A DNA stretch of 64,000 bases, taken from the NCBI GenBank assembly GCA_039028615.1, contig JBCCHT010000011.1, positions 128,001 through 192,000 on the forward strand. The letters run 5' to 3'. Below the pieces are notes generated by a model. The model was not told the DNA's origin and ran no database searches. It saw nothing but the letters and a program-made list of their open reading frames with translations. How positions within the stretch are numbered: the first letter of the stretch is position 1; every line of letters starts with the position of its first letter. This stretch comes from Myxococcota bacterium (lineage in GTDB: Bacteria > Myxococcota_A > Polyangia > Nannocystales > Nannocystaceae). A program made the translations under genes and the position numbers. This document shows positions 43,534 through 53,672 of the stretch, piece after piece.

Positions 43534-44522
43534 CACGAAGCCATGGAGTGTTGGCCGAGCAGCATGGACACGGTTTTCGGGTCGACGTTGCCGCCCGATA
43601 GGATCACGCCCACGCGCTTCGGTTGTTCCGGGAGACGGCGCTCGAGGGCGACCGACAGGGCGGCGGCGCCCGAGGGCTCGACCAGCAGCTTGCCGTACAT
43701 CAGCAGCTGCACGAGCGCGGAGCCCATCTGCCGGTCGTCGACCCGGAACGAGCCGGCGACGTGGCGCTTGGCGATCTCGAAGTTCAACTCGCCGACCATG
43801 GTGGGCTTGAGGCCGTCGCCGAGGGTGGGCCCGGGCGGCACGGGGACGCGCTCGCCGGCCTCGAGGCTGCGGGCCATGGCGTCACAGCCATGGGGCTCGA
43901 CGCTGTAGATCTTGGCCCCGGTGGGCGCCGCGGCCACGCAGGCCCCGGCGATGAGTCCCCCGCCGCCGACCGGAACGAGCAGGGCGTCGAGCGTCCCGCC
44001 GTCGGTGCGCTGGGCGACTTCCTCCACCAGCTCGAGGGTCGCCGTACCCGCCCCGGCCACGATGTGCGGGTGATCGAAGGGCTGGATCACGGCCGACTTG
44101 CACTTGTCGGCGACCTCCATGGCCACCGCCTTGCGCTCGTCGGAGGTGGTGCCCGCGAAGATCAACTGAGCGCCCAGGGCCCGCACGCCCGCGACCTTGA
44201 TCGCGGGGGCATCGGTCGGCATGACGATGGTGGCATTGCACTGGTAGGTGTGCGCAGCCAGGGCTACCGCCTGGGCGTGGTTGCCCGAGCTGAAGGTGAT
44301 GATGCCCCGAGCGCGCTCCTCCTCGGAGAGCTGGCCGACCGCGTGCAAGGCCCCCCGGGCCTTGAACGCGCCGATGCGCTGGAGGTTCTCCGCTTTGATC
44401 CACAGCTCGGCGCCGGCCAGCTCATCGAGCGCGTCGCTGCGCAGGACGGGCGTTCGGTGGACGCGGCCGGCGATTCGGGTCGCGGCGACACGGACATCCT
44501 CGACATCGGGTAGCGGCGTCAT
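43533..44522 (-). CDS. PLP-dependent threonine/serine dehydratase (serine racemase-like)
   Basis: [50 protein letters not shown]; no regulatory domain. Confidence 0.93.
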   Translation of the reverse strand: MTPLPDVEDVRVAATRIAGRVHRTPVLRSDALDELAGAELWIKAENLQRIGAFKARGALHAVGQLSEEERARGIITFSSGNHAQAVALAAHTYQCNATIVMPTDAPAIKVAGVRALGAQLIFAGTTSDERKAVAMEVADKCKSAVIQPFDHPHIVAGAGTATLELVEEVAQRTDGGTLDALLVPVGGGGLIAGACVAAAPTGAKIYSVEPHGCDAMARSLEAGERVPVPPGPTLGDGLKPTMVGELNFEIAKRHVAGSFRVDDRQMGSALVQLLMYGKLLVEPSGAAALSVALERRLPEQPKRVGVILSGGNVDPKTVSMLLGQHSMAS

Positions 44523-46687
44523 CGGGGTCGAAGGCTATCAGCCCCGGATGGAACTCGCACCACGTCGGCGAGGCGAGCCGCCACGGCAGGGGCGGCGGAC
44601 TCCAGGGCCGCGAAGGCGTCCGCCTTGGAGCCAGCCACCAGCACGAGCGCGAGCACGGTCTGGGCACGAGCGGGGTCGGTCAGTGCGATCACCCCCCGAC
44701 GCATGCGAGCGGGTTCACCGTCGAGCTCCACAGGCAGTGCCTGCTCGGCCCGAGCGATCGCCTCGTGAGCCCCTCCCTCGGGCAGGTCGCTCAGTCGCGC
44801 GAGCACGAGCATCCCGGCACAGCCTCGGGCCAAGCGACGACCGAGGCCGTGCACCACGTGGCCGAAGTTCGGGCGCACGTTGACCTCGACCATCGGGCGC
44901 AGGTGCAGCGCGCCCTCGCGATCGCGGTAGATCAGACCATCGATGCCAATGGGGCCGTGGTAGCCCAAGCGATGAGCTCGCGCCGCGACGGCACGGGCCA
45001 CGACGTCCGTGACTCGCGACAGCCGCTTGGGATCGCGTCCGTCGTCGTGCAGCCAGCGGGCGACCTCGGGCGACCACGCGCGAGTGATCGGACCGAGCAA
45101 CGCACCGAGGTACTGGCCACGGCGGTCGGTCAGGAACCGGCCCAGGCCATCGATCCGCGGCTCGCCCGAGGGCAACACGGTGATCCGCAGCGACACGTCC
45201 CCCACCCGGTCGAGCCACGGCTCGATCAGCACTGCCCCCTGGATGGCGAGAGTCCGGTCGAGCCAGCCCTGGGTCGGCGTGTCGAGCGACCCGCACGCGC
45301 TGCGTTGCGATCCACGACCCGAGGTCCCGAAGGGCGCCTTCAGTACCACCTGGTCGTAGCCGCGCCCCTGCAGCTCGTTCAGCGCGGCCCGTGCTTCGGC
45401 GGCATCACGGACCACAATGCCCAGGGTGTGAGGCTCGTCGAGCCACGGTTCGTTCAGCTCGCGCACCAACGCCTCTCGCACCGAGGCCCACTCCGTTTTG
45501 GCGTGCAGCGGCGCGTCGGACTCGGGTGGCGGCGGCGAGAGCATGCACCGCTCGGCGAGGCCACCGAGGCAGGCCCGCGCCCGCGGAGCCCAGCCCCAGG
45601 GGCGAAGCTCGGCCAGCCGCGGCGGCAGCGGATCTCGCCGCTCGTCCTGCAGCTGCGCGCGTTCGATCCATTCGGGGAGCACGATGCCGCGCTCGCGCAG
45701 CGCCGTGAGATACGACGGCGAGGGGCCGCGATGCAGCGCCACCACGTCCTCGGGCGCCGCGGCGAAGGCCGGCAGCAGCTCGAGGTCCTCGATCATCGCG
45801 CGCGTGGCCTGCTTGGGCGTGAACGCAGCGCGGGTGCCCAGCTCCAGCTCGGCAGTGGGCTCGAACAGGTGCACCACGGGGGGCCGCCCTCGCGACGACT
45901 CGAAGCACGACACTCGATCGACGTAGTCCGCGGGAAAGCCCGCGCGGCGCCGGCCCTCGCGATCGAAGCCCAGGCCTCGCGCCCGCCGAGGCGTGACCGG
46001 AGAGCGCAGCGTCTGGCGGTGAGCCTCGAACAGCGACGGCCCCTTGGGGCGCCAGCGATCGAACCACACCCGACCCAGGCGTACGTGGCCGACCTCGTCG
46101 TCGTAGACCTCGTCCAAGATCCTCGCGCTGCGCGGGTCGTCGCAGGCCCGCAGCGTCTGCGCGTAGCTTCGGGCGAAGTCGAGGTTGGCCTGCTCGAAGG
46201 TCAGTGACATGTGGGCCACGAAGTCGAGCGGGCTCGGCATCGGGGCCATGACTCGCCAGAAGAATCCGCTGAGCGGCTGCTCGCCGAGCTCGACCCCCAG
46301 CTCCTTCATGCGCTCGAGGTAGAGGCCGAAGTGGCGTTGCTCGTCCTTCAACGCGTGGGCCAAGCCGCGACGGAACGACCGCGGTGCATCCACGAAGCGC
46401 AGCAAGGACAGCGCCATCAGCTCCATCGCGAGCAGCTCGTGGTTGGCGAACATGTGCAGCAGCCGACCCCGGGCGTGGGCGTCGTGCAGCTGCGCGTCGC
46501 TGGGCACGGCGGTGGTGGCGTTGCTGGGCGCGAGGCCTCGCGGGCGACCGGGCAGCGATGGAACCTCGATCGGCGACCCTTGCTCGTCGTCGTCGAAGAC
46601 CCGCGGCGCCCACTGCTTGTCCGCGAGCGTCGTGCCGAACAGCACCCGCTCTGCCCACGACCGCAGCTGTGTCTCCGTCCCCATCAA
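44519..46687 (-). CDS. Ferritin-like DUF455 domain fused to an ATP-grasp-like domain
   Basis: [28 protein letters not shown] diiron-type motifs; C-terminal [29 protein letters not shown]. Confidence 0.82.
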   Translation of the reverse strand: MMGTETQLRSWAERVLFGTTLADKQWAPRVFDDDEQGSPIEVPSLPGRPRGLAPSNATTAVPSDAQLHDAHARGRLLHMFANHELLAMELMALSLLRFVDAPRSFRRGLAHALKDEQRHFGLYLERMKELGVELGEQPLSGFFWRVMAPMPSPLDFVAHMSLTFEQANLDFARSYAQTLRACDDPRSARILDEVYDDEVGHVRLGRVWFDRWRPKGPSLFEAHRQTLRSPVTPRRARGLGFDREGRRRAGFPADYVDRVSCFESSRGRPPVVHLFEPTAELELGTRAAFTPKQATRAMIEDLELLPAFAAAPEDVVALHRGPSPSYLTALRERGIVLPEWIERAQLQDERRDPLPPRLAELRPWGWAPRARACLGGLAERCMLSPPPPESDAPLHAKTEWASVREALVRELNEPWLDEPHTLGIVVRDAAEARAALNELQGRGYDQVVLKAPFGTSGRGSQRSACGSLDTPTQGWLDRTLAIQGAVLIEPWLDRVGDVSLRITVLPSGEPRIDGLGRFLTDRRGQYLGALLGPITRAWSPEVARWLHDDGRDPKRLSRVTDVVARAVAARAHRLGYHGPIGIDGLIYRDREGALHLRPMVEVNVRPNFGHVVHGLGRRLARGCAGMLVLARLSDLPEGGAHEAIARAEQALPVELDGEPARMRRGVIALTDPARAQTVLALVLVAGSKADAFAALESAAPAVAARLADVVRVPSGADSLRPR

Positions 46688-46747
46688 AGCGCTCGGAAGA
46701 CCGAGCTAGCACGCTTCACTCCGCTCGAGCTGGCGCTCGCTGCGGCA

Positions 46748-46762
46748 TTGATTTTAAATCAA
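46748..46762. promoter_or_regulatory. Putative operator, perfect 7-1-7 inverted repeat TTGATTT-T-AAATCAA
   Basis: AT-rich palindrome in a divergent intergenic region of an otherwise GC-rich sequence. Confidence 0.5.
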
Positions 46763-46828
46763 AAAGCCAACATCCACCGGATCAATAACTATCTTTTCTA
46801 ACGCACACGGCGTAGTCTCGGAGGGTCG

Positions 46829-47794
46829 ATGCCTCCTCGAGCCCACCTCCGGCCGGGCGCAGCCCGGATGCTGCTCACCGCGACGCTATGCGCCGTCACG
46901 GCCTGCGGACCCACGCTGACCCCCGTCGGCGACTCGGCGGCAGACGAGACCGACACCGCCCCGGGCACCTCGACCGGACCGGGCCTCACCAGCGGCGTGT
47001 CGACCACGAACCCGAATCCATCGACGTCGACCTCGACCTCCACGTCGACAGCCGCCGATCCCGACGACGGCTCCGACGGCGAGGTGGACCCCCCGACCGA
47101 CACGCCGATCATCCCCTGCAACTTCTTCGAGCAGGACTGCGGCGAAGGGCTCAAGTGTGTGCCCTTCGGATTCGCCGACGACGAGCACTGGACCGGCCTG
47201 CGCTGCGTACCCGTGGCGCGAGACGAGCAGTTCCCCGGCGACGCGTGCACGATGCAGGACCATGCACTCAGTGGTTTCGACGATTGCGATGCCACCTCCA
47301 TGTGCGCCCAGCTCGACGACACGCTCGCAGGCCGATGCCTCTCGTTCTGCCAGGCCGACGAGTTCAATCCGATCTGCCAAGACCCCGACACGCAGTGCGT
47401 ACTGGACGAAGGACCTTCGGGTCTGTGCTTCGTGAGCTGCGACCCCCTCATTCAAGACTGTGACGAGGGCATGGGCTGCTACCCGCCCTTCGACCCGCGC
47501 GAAGGCCCCTCCGAGCAACACCCGGTGTGCATGCGCAACACTTCGATGGGCATGGCTGGCCCCGGCGATCCCTGCGACGAGATCAACGAGTGCGCCATCG
47601 GATCGTTCTGCGCCGAAGCGAGCCGTGTGCCCGGGTGCGAAGGACCGAATGGTTGCTGCACCTCCTTTTGCGACCTGTTCATCCCCGAGCCACGCACGCA
47701 GTGTCTCGAAGGCCAGCTTTGTCGCATCCAGTACACCGACCCGTGGGGTCGACAAGCGTGGGGTGCGTGCTCGACCGAGCCCTGGCCTCTTTGA
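46829..47794 (+). CDS. Cys-rich myxobacterial lipoprotein
   Basis: Lipobox VTAC, Thr/Ser linker, repeated C[N/D]xxxQDCxEGxxC modules. Confidence 0.85.
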   Translation: MPPRAHLRPGAARMLLTATLCAVTACGPTLTPVGDSAADETDTAPGTSTGPGLTSGVSTTNPNPSTSTSTSTSTAADPDDGSDGEVDPPTDTPIIPCNFFEQDCGEGLKCVPFGFADDEHWTGLRCVPVARDEQFPGDACTMQDHALSGFDDCDATSMCAQLDDTLAGRCLSFCQADEFNPICQDPDTQCVLDEGPSGLCFVSCDPLIQDCDEGMGCYPPFDPREGPSEQHPVCMRNTSMGMAGPGDPCDEINECAIGSFCAEASRVPGCEGPNGCCTSFCDLFIPEPRTQCLEGQLCRIQYTDPWGRQAWGACSTEPWPL

Positions 47795-47922
47795 CGCGTC
47801 GTCGCGAGTTCGAGATCGCCCGCGGCCCCGGGGAATCACACGCTCGCGCCGTGTGATCTGATGCACCCGTGCCGCGGGACGCGACGCATGGCCGACCAAG
47901 TCCTGCGTGCTAGCGTCCGCGC

Positions 47923-49485
47923 ATGGTTTCCACTATTCGAGGACGCGCCCTGCACTGGGGCGTGATCGCGGCCCTGGCCACCGGTTGCGGCGACGATGCC
48001 GTCGATCCCGATACCGGCGCGGGCACGGAGGGCTCCGCCACCAACTCCACCGGGCCGGGCACGACCGACGACACGGGCGCGGATTCGGGAACGGGCACGG
48101 GCACGGGCACAGGCAGCTCGGGCGACGCCGTCGACGACACCACGACCGGTGGCACCACCGACGCCGCGACGGACACGGGCACCGACTCCGGCACGGACAC
48201 GGGCACCGAGACGGGTGAAGAGTCCTCGTCGAGCGAAGAGGGCAGCACCGATACCGGCATGATGGCCGAGGGCTGCTACGACCCCGCCGGCTATCCCTAT
48301 GCCGGTGGACTGTGCGGTCCGCTGGGCTCGCCGTGCTCGATCCTCATCGACGAGCAGCTCGACGGCGAGCACTTCCGCAACGACGCGCCCTCGGTGACGC
48401 TCGATGACGACTGCGAGCCGCAGGTGCTCTACTCGGTGGCCGAGGGCGGCTTCGTGGGGCACTTCGCCCAGCGCACCGGTCCCGATACCTGGGACGACCA
48501 GCTCACCCCCTTCGAGATCGCGACCGGCGGGGCGGTGTTCGACCCGACCACGGGCGACACCCTCACGGTGACCGACGACGGTGCCTTCGGCATCGAGGCG
48601 TGGCGCTGGGACGGCGCGTGGACCATGGAGGACGCCGTCAGCCCCTACCACCTCAACACGCACGGCGTGGGCCAGCCCGCCGACGGCACCGTGCACGTGG
48701 CCCTGCGCACCGACGGCAGCGATCTACGACACGGGCACCTGGACGGGACCTTCACGTTCCAGGACATCGACATGCAGGCGCAATCGGCCTCGATCGCGGT
48801 CGGCCCCGGCGGTGCGCCTCACCTCGCGTACTGGCGCAGCAATGCCGGCTGGGATATGTGGTGGGCGCTCGCGGGGCAAGCCCCCGAGCTCGTGGTCCCC
48901 GCGGCGAGCAGCGTCCTCGAGCTCAGCCAGCGGGCGGTGGCCACCGTCGACGCCGGCGGCGACGGGACGCCCCACCTGACCTTCGCCACCCGCACCGCGC
49001 CCGATGGCCTGCACGAGGTCGTGCACGCCACCCGCACCGCGCCTGGGGTCTGGGACGTCACCCCCGTGGCCAGCGAAGACCCCACCATGAACACGCTGTG
49101 CAACACCATCCCGGTCATGGCGGGGCAGCAGTGCATGTACGACTACGTCCGCGTGCGCCCGCTCGACATCGTGGCCAGCGACGGCGGCGACGTGCGGGTG
49201 CTCTACGCCCGCGACCACCACCAGGGCACCCTGCAGGCGGTGTGCATGCCCGGCCCGGGCGGCGGCTTCTGTAGCTGGAACTCGTTCATCGACAACGACA
49301 CCTCCGACCTGCACATCGCCTGGCCCGAGGCGGGCGGCGGCTTCGCCAATGCCGTGCTCGTGAGCGATACCTGGGTGCGCAGCATGACCGCCCAGATCGA
49401 CATCGACGGGCAGCTCCACATCGCCGCCTACGTCGGCCGGGGCAACACCGCGGTCCGCTACTTCCGCATCGGCGAACGCACCTGA
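47923..49485 (+). CDS. Lipoprotein with Thr/Gly/Asp linker and beta-propeller-like domain
   Basis: Lipobox ATGC; repeated D..G.PH-type blades. Confidence 0.8.
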   Translation: MVSTIRGRALHWGVIAALATGCGDDAVDPDTGAGTEGSATNSTGPGTTDDTGADSGTGTGTGTGSSGDAVDDTTTGGTTDAATDTGTDSGTDTGTETGEESSSSEEGSTDTGMMAEGCYDPAGYPYAGGLCGPLGSPCSILIDEQLDGEHFRNDAPSVTLDDDCEPQVLYSVAEGGFVGHFAQRTGPDTWDDQLTPFEIATGGAVFDPTTGDTLTVTDDGAFGIEAWRWDGAWTMEDAVSPYHLNTHGVGQPADGTVHVALRTDGSDLRHGHLDGTFTFQDIDMQAQSASIAVGPGGAPHLAYWRSNAGWDMWWALAGQAPELVVPAASSVLELSQRAVATVDAGGDGTPHLTFATRTAPDGLHEVVHATRTAPGVWDVTPVASEDPTMNTLCNTIPVMAGQQCMYDYVRVRPLDIVASDGGDVRVLYARDHHQGTLQAVCMPGPGGGFCSWNSFIDNDTSDLHIAWPEAGGGFANAVLVSDTWVRSMTAQIDIDGQLHIAAYVGRGNTAVRYFRIGERT

Positions 49486-49556
49486 GCGGGCGCTGATGGG
49501 CGCCATGGAGGCGTCGCGGCCGGCCCTCGCCTGAGGTACGGTTGCGGCGCGCTCCC

Positions 49557-51725
49557 GTGTCCGGTCCTTCCTCGAAACTCTGGTGGCAGCGCCCAGGCAT
49601 CTGGGCCCTCGTCCTCGCGATCATCGTCATCGCGATCAACCTCGCCTCCATGGCCTCGACCGGGGCCTGGGATCCCTGGGAGACCCACTACGGGGAAGTC
49701 GCCCGGCAGATCCTGCTGCGCCACGATCCCATCGACCTGTGGTGGCAGGCCGGCAACGGGGGCCCCGACGCCACCGCCGAGAAGACCTTCTGGTCCAAGC
49801 CCGCCCTGCCCTACTGGCTGATGGCGCTGAGCATGAAGGTCTTCGGCGTGGGCACCTCGGCCGACCCGGCCGAGATGGTGCAGCCCTTCTGGCCGGAGTT
49901 CGCCATTCGTCTGCCCAGCATGCTGGCCGGGCTCGGCAGCGCGGCCCTGCTCGGCTGGGTCGCGTGGCGGCAGGTCTCGCCGCGGGCGGGCATCGTCACC
50001 GCCCTGGTCCTGGCCACCATGCCGCAGTGGGCCATCGCCACCCGCCAGGCCCTCACCGACATGATCTTCGTGGGCCCGGTGGTGGTCGCGATGGCGGCGT
50101 GGATCCTCGCGTGGGGTGAGCCCGATCGCCCACTGAAACGCCGAGGCAAGGGCTGGAAGAGCCTGCCCTGGGACCGCGCCCACCTCGGCTTCGTGGTGAT
50201 GCTGCTGGTGTGCGCCGTCGCGCCGCTGGCCGTCATCCACCAGCACTCGTTCGACCCGTTCACCTGGTCTCGGCTCGGCAAGATCACCCGCTTCGCCAAC
50301 GCGCTGCGCGAGATCCAGACCCACATGTTCGTCTACTGGGCGCTGGTCGTGGTGGTGCTCGTGGCCAGCCTGCGCTGGAAACGACGCAGCCAGGCGTGGA
50401 TGGGCGTGCTGTACATCGCCGCCGGCCTGTCGCTACTCGGCAAGGGCATGATCGGCCCCGGCCTCGTGGGCGCGGTGGTGCTGGTGCATCTCATCGTCAC
50501 CGGGCGCTGGGATCTGCTGCGCCGCTGTGGGCTCCCCACGGGCATCCTGCTCTTCGCCCTCGCCTCGTTCCCCTGGCACCACGCCATGACCCTGTTCCGC
50601 GGCGAACGGTGGGTCAACGAGCTCATCATCCAGAACAACCTCGCGCGCTTCGGCAGCGGCGAGCAGAAGCAGGCGGTGGGCTCGTTCGCGTTCTATCTCG
50701 AGACGCTGGGCATCGCCGCGCTGCCCTGGATCGCCGTGGTCCCGCTGGCCCTCGCGTCGGCGTTCCGGGCGTTCCGAGGCGGCATCGAGCCCGAAGCGGA
50801 GCCCGCAAAGACCGATGCCGACGCAGAGTCGGGCGAACACGCCGACTCGGACGAGGACTCCGAAGCCACCGAAGCCGAGTCCACGCCGCCGTCGGACTTC
50901 ATCGACTACTCGCTCGCCCAGACGCCGGCCCAGGTCCGACGCACGCTGCATCAGTACGCGCTGCTGTGGTTCGCCGTCTCGCTGTTCGCCATCGGCTACA
51001 GCGTCACCAAGTATTACCACTACCTCCTGCCCAGCCTGCCTCCGCTCGCGCTGCTCGTCGGTCTGTGGATCGAGCAACGCATTCGAGACCACGCCGCCGA
51101 GCGCAAGGCCTCCCGCGGCGCCCTGCTCGTGGGCTGCGTCGTGGGGCTGGCGATCTTGGTGGCCGTCGTTCGCGATGCGTTCAACACCACCGCCTGGCTC
51201 GCCCACCTCACCACCTACCTGTACACAGGCCTGTGGCGCTCGGGCGGCCCCGCCGTGGATGCGCTGCCCTGGCTGGTTGCCCCCTTCGGCCTCGCCCTCG
51301 TGGCCTGGATGCTCGCCCGCTACCGCGTGGCGCTGGTCGGCTTCCTGCTGTCCGGGCTGCTGACCACGGGCTGGGTGATCGTCGACTACCTACCCGCCGC
51401 CTCCGAGAACTGGTCGCAGCGCAGCGCCCTGCGGATCTACTTCGATCAGCGTGGGCCCAACGATCGCCTCGTGAGCTGGTGGTTCTACTACCGGGGCGAG
51501 ACCTGGTTCTCCAAGGGCGACATCTGGGTGATGAAGGACGTCAACCGCAAGGAGCTCGGCGCCCTGTTCCAGGAGTTCGAGGGACAGGACGCCAACCTGT
51601 GGCTGATCACCATCGAGCCCCACGCCCGCCGCCTGCAGGGGCAAGTCCCTCGCCACCTCCGCTCGGAGATCGAGGTCATGTACCAGAGCTTTCACTACGT
51701 GTTGCTCCGGGTCCACGTGCCGTAG
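49557..51725 (+). CDS. ArnT/GT39-like membrane glycosyltransferase
   Basis: WDPWETHYGEVARQI, FWSKPALPYWL, IRLPS, LGKG, TKYYHYLLP; many TM helices. Start is uncertain. Confidence 0.88.
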   Translation: MSGPSSKLWWQRPGIWALVLAIIVIAINLASMASTGAWDPWETHYGEVARQILLRHDPIDLWWQAGNGGPDATAEKTFWSKPALPYWLMALSMKVFGVGTSADPAEMVQPFWPEFAIRLPSMLAGLGSAALLGWVAWRQVSPRAGIVTALVLATMPQWAIATRQALTDMIFVGPVVVAMAAWILAWGEPDRPLKRRGKGWKSLPWDRAHLGFVVMLLVCAVAPLAVIHQHSFDPFTWSRLGKITRFANALREIQTHMFVYWALVVVVLVASLRWKRRSQAWMGVLYIAAGLSLLGKGMIGPGLVGAVVLVHLIVTGRWDLLRRCGLPTGILLFALASFPWHHAMTLFRGERWVNELIIQNNLARFGSGEQKQAVGSFAFYLETLGIAALPWIAVVPLALASAFRAFRGGIEPEAEPAKTDADAESGEHADSDEDSEATEAESTPPSDFIDYSLAQTPAQVRRTLHQYALLWFAVSLFAIGYSVTKYYHYLLPSLPPLALLVGLWIEQRIRDHAAERKASRGALLVGCVVGLAILVAVVRDAFNTTAWLAHLTTYLYTGLWRSGGPAVDALPWLVAPFGLALVAWMLARYRVALVGFLLSGLLTTGWVIVDYLPAASENWSQRSALRIYFDQRGPNDRLVSWWFYYRGETWFSKGDIWVMKDVNRKELGALFQEFEGQDANLWLITIEPHARRLQGQVPRHLRSEIEVMYQSFHYVLLRVHVP

Positions 51726-51746
51726 CGGCCGCGGTGGCGAACGGGC

Positions 51747-52520
51747 TCAGGCCCCGAGCGCGGCCTGCTGCGGTGCCGCCTCGAGCAGCGCGGGCTGACG
51801 CTTGACGTAGCTCCAGCTGCGCTTGAGCGCGGCGCGTTGGTTGGGCTGCAGGTGCTTGCCCGCGACCCGCCGCGAGATGCCGTTGCGCTGGCTGTCGACG
51901 GCGAGGCCGAAGCAGGCCTCGGGCATGGAAAGGCCCGCGCGCAGCGACTTGAGGTCGATGCCGCAGCCGCCCCCACAGCACGCACTTTCGTAGACATAGG
52001 CGCCGTTGGCCACCCACACGCCCAGGCCCAGCACGATGGCGGCGAGCTCGGCGTCACCTTCCAGGTCCTCGGGGTCATCGACGAGCGAACCGCCGGCCAA
52101 GTGCACGGCGATGCGACCGAGCTCGCGGGCCACACTGCCGAGCGCCAGCTCGGGCACCTTGAAGATGGCGGGCACGGCGACGATCACCAGGTCGTTGCTC
52201 TTGGCGAAGGTGTGCACCATCTGCCCGACGGGATTGCCCAGCGGCTCGTAGCCGTGCTTCGAAGGCGGATCGTCGGGGTCGAGTTCGACCAAACTGAACT
52301 CGACATCCTTTTGGCCGATCTCCGCTTGCACGCCGCACATCAGCTCGAACAGGTCGTCGAGATCGCGCGGCTCGTCGATCGTGGTCTTGGTGATCAGACG
52401 ACCCTTGCGAGCCGCCGGACCGAGCCGTGCCGCGTGATCACGGAGGCCGTCGGCGACCCATGCGCGGGCATCATCAGAGGGCAGGAAGTCTACGTTCGGC
52501 GTGTCGGAAAACCCCAACAT
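51747..52520 (-). CDS. Hypothetical protein (possibly degenerate zincin-like)
   Basis: Host-like codon usage; VARELGR..AELAAIVLGLG; CCGGGCG. Confidence 0.7.
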   Translation of the reverse strand: MLGFSDTPNVDFLPSDDARAWVADGLRDHAARLGPAARKGRLITKTTIDEPRDLDDLFELMCGVQAEIGQKDVEFSLVELDPDDPPSKHGYEPLGNPVGQMVHTFAKSNDLVIVAVPAIFKVPELALGSVARELGRIAVHLAGGSLVDDPEDLEGDAELAAIVLGLGVWVANGAYVYESACCGGGCGIDLKSLRAGLSMPEACFGLAVDSQRNGISRRVAGKHLQPNQRAALKRSWSYVKRQPALLEAAPQQAALGA

Positions 52521-52751
52521 CGCTCGGCAGCATAGCCGCCGGTCGGAAGGCCTGCCACGGGCGGGGTCGCGGTTTACCCCCGGCCGCCCCGAGGTCCGAC
52601 ACGGCCCGAAACCGGCCCAGCGATTGCGGGAAACGTCCGGCAGGTCACACTTTATGTAGGGCTTTGTTCGCCCTCGATTCGTAGAGGTAGCGGCATCTCT
52701 TACCCATCACACAGCGTTTTGCGAGCCAGGCGCCGCGGGGACCAACCCACC

Positions 52752-53552
52752 GTGAGCCGCCCGTTCGCAGACGCAGTCGCACAGTCGCGCCTTGCGCGCA
52801 ACGGACGACTGCTGCCCCGCTTGGGCCTGTGGCTCGGCGTCGTGGCTCTATGGATGGGCATCGGCCTGCTGCCGAGCACGGCGGAGGCCCGCGGGCGCCG
52901 CGTGGTGCCCGATCTCCGCAACCCGTCCGAGGTCAGCCTGCACGCCAATCGGCGCATGACCACCGTCGGGCTCACCGTGCACGTGGCCTCGAGAGACGGC
53001 GTACCCGTCGCCTCGCGCCGTCAGATCGTGCAGTGGATCGAGCGCGCCAACGAGGCCCTCGACCCCTTCGACATCGAGGTCCAGCTCCATCGGCAAGTGC
53101 CGATGACCGGCTACACCCGCGTCACCCGTCGCAAGCAGCGGCGACAGCTCGCCTCCATGGCCGAGTACGACGGCACGATCCACGTGTTCGTGGTCGAGAG
53201 CCTCGACGAGCTTCGCGTCGCGGGCCTGCGGCGCCGGGTTCGTGGCCTGCACTGGCGCTACCGCGGCCTCAGCCGAGAGTACCGCCAGCGCGAGTACGTG
53301 GTCGTCACCCTCGGTGCCCCTCGCACCACCTTCGCCCACGAGATCGGCCACCTGCTCGGCCTGCGCCACAGCAACGACGATCGCAACATCATGTGCAGCT
53401 GTCGGCGAGGCTCCAACCTTCGCTTCAACGAAGAACAAGGCGCCATCATGAAGGTCGGCGTGGGTCGCTTCCTGTCCCGACAGCAGCAAGCCCAAGCCCG
53501 CGTGCAGGGTCAGCGCCGCCGCAACCTCGACCGCGCCCGTCGTCGGCCCTGA
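52752..53552 (+). CDS. Matrixin-like zinc metalloprotease
   Basis: Signal peptide; HEIGHLLGLRH followed by the Met-turn NIM. Confidence 0.85.
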   Translation: MSRPFADAVAQSRLARNGRLLPRLGLWLGVVALWMGIGLLPSTAEARGRRVVPDLRNPSEVSLHANRRMTTVGLTVHVASRDGVPVASRRQIVQWIERANEALDPFDIEVQLHRQVPMTGYTRVTRRKQRRQLASMAEYDGTIHVFVVESLDELRVAGLRRRVRGLHWRYRGLSREYRQREYVVVTLGAPRTTFAHEIGHLLGLRHSNDDRNIMCSCRRGSNLRFNEEQGAIMKVGVGRFLSRQQQAQARVQGQRRRNLDRARRRP

Positions 53553-53596
53553 GCCGCGCGAGGCGGCTACTCGAGCAGCGCTCGCAGCTCGTCGCG
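53552..53596 (+). repeat. Left 45-bp direct repeat (att-like)
   Basis: agccgcgcgaggcggctactcgagcagcgctcgcagctcgtcgcg, identical to 57909-57953. Confidence 0.95.
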
Positions 53597-53672
53597 CGAC
53601 ACGGCAACCTGAGCCGCGCAGGGCCGCTAGTCATGCCGCGCCGCACCACCCACAGATTTCCCACGCTAGGTT

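Noticed and set aside
46748..46762. Canonical FNR box
   Set aside because: The spacer is 5 bp rather than 4, so it is kept only as an unassigned palindrome.
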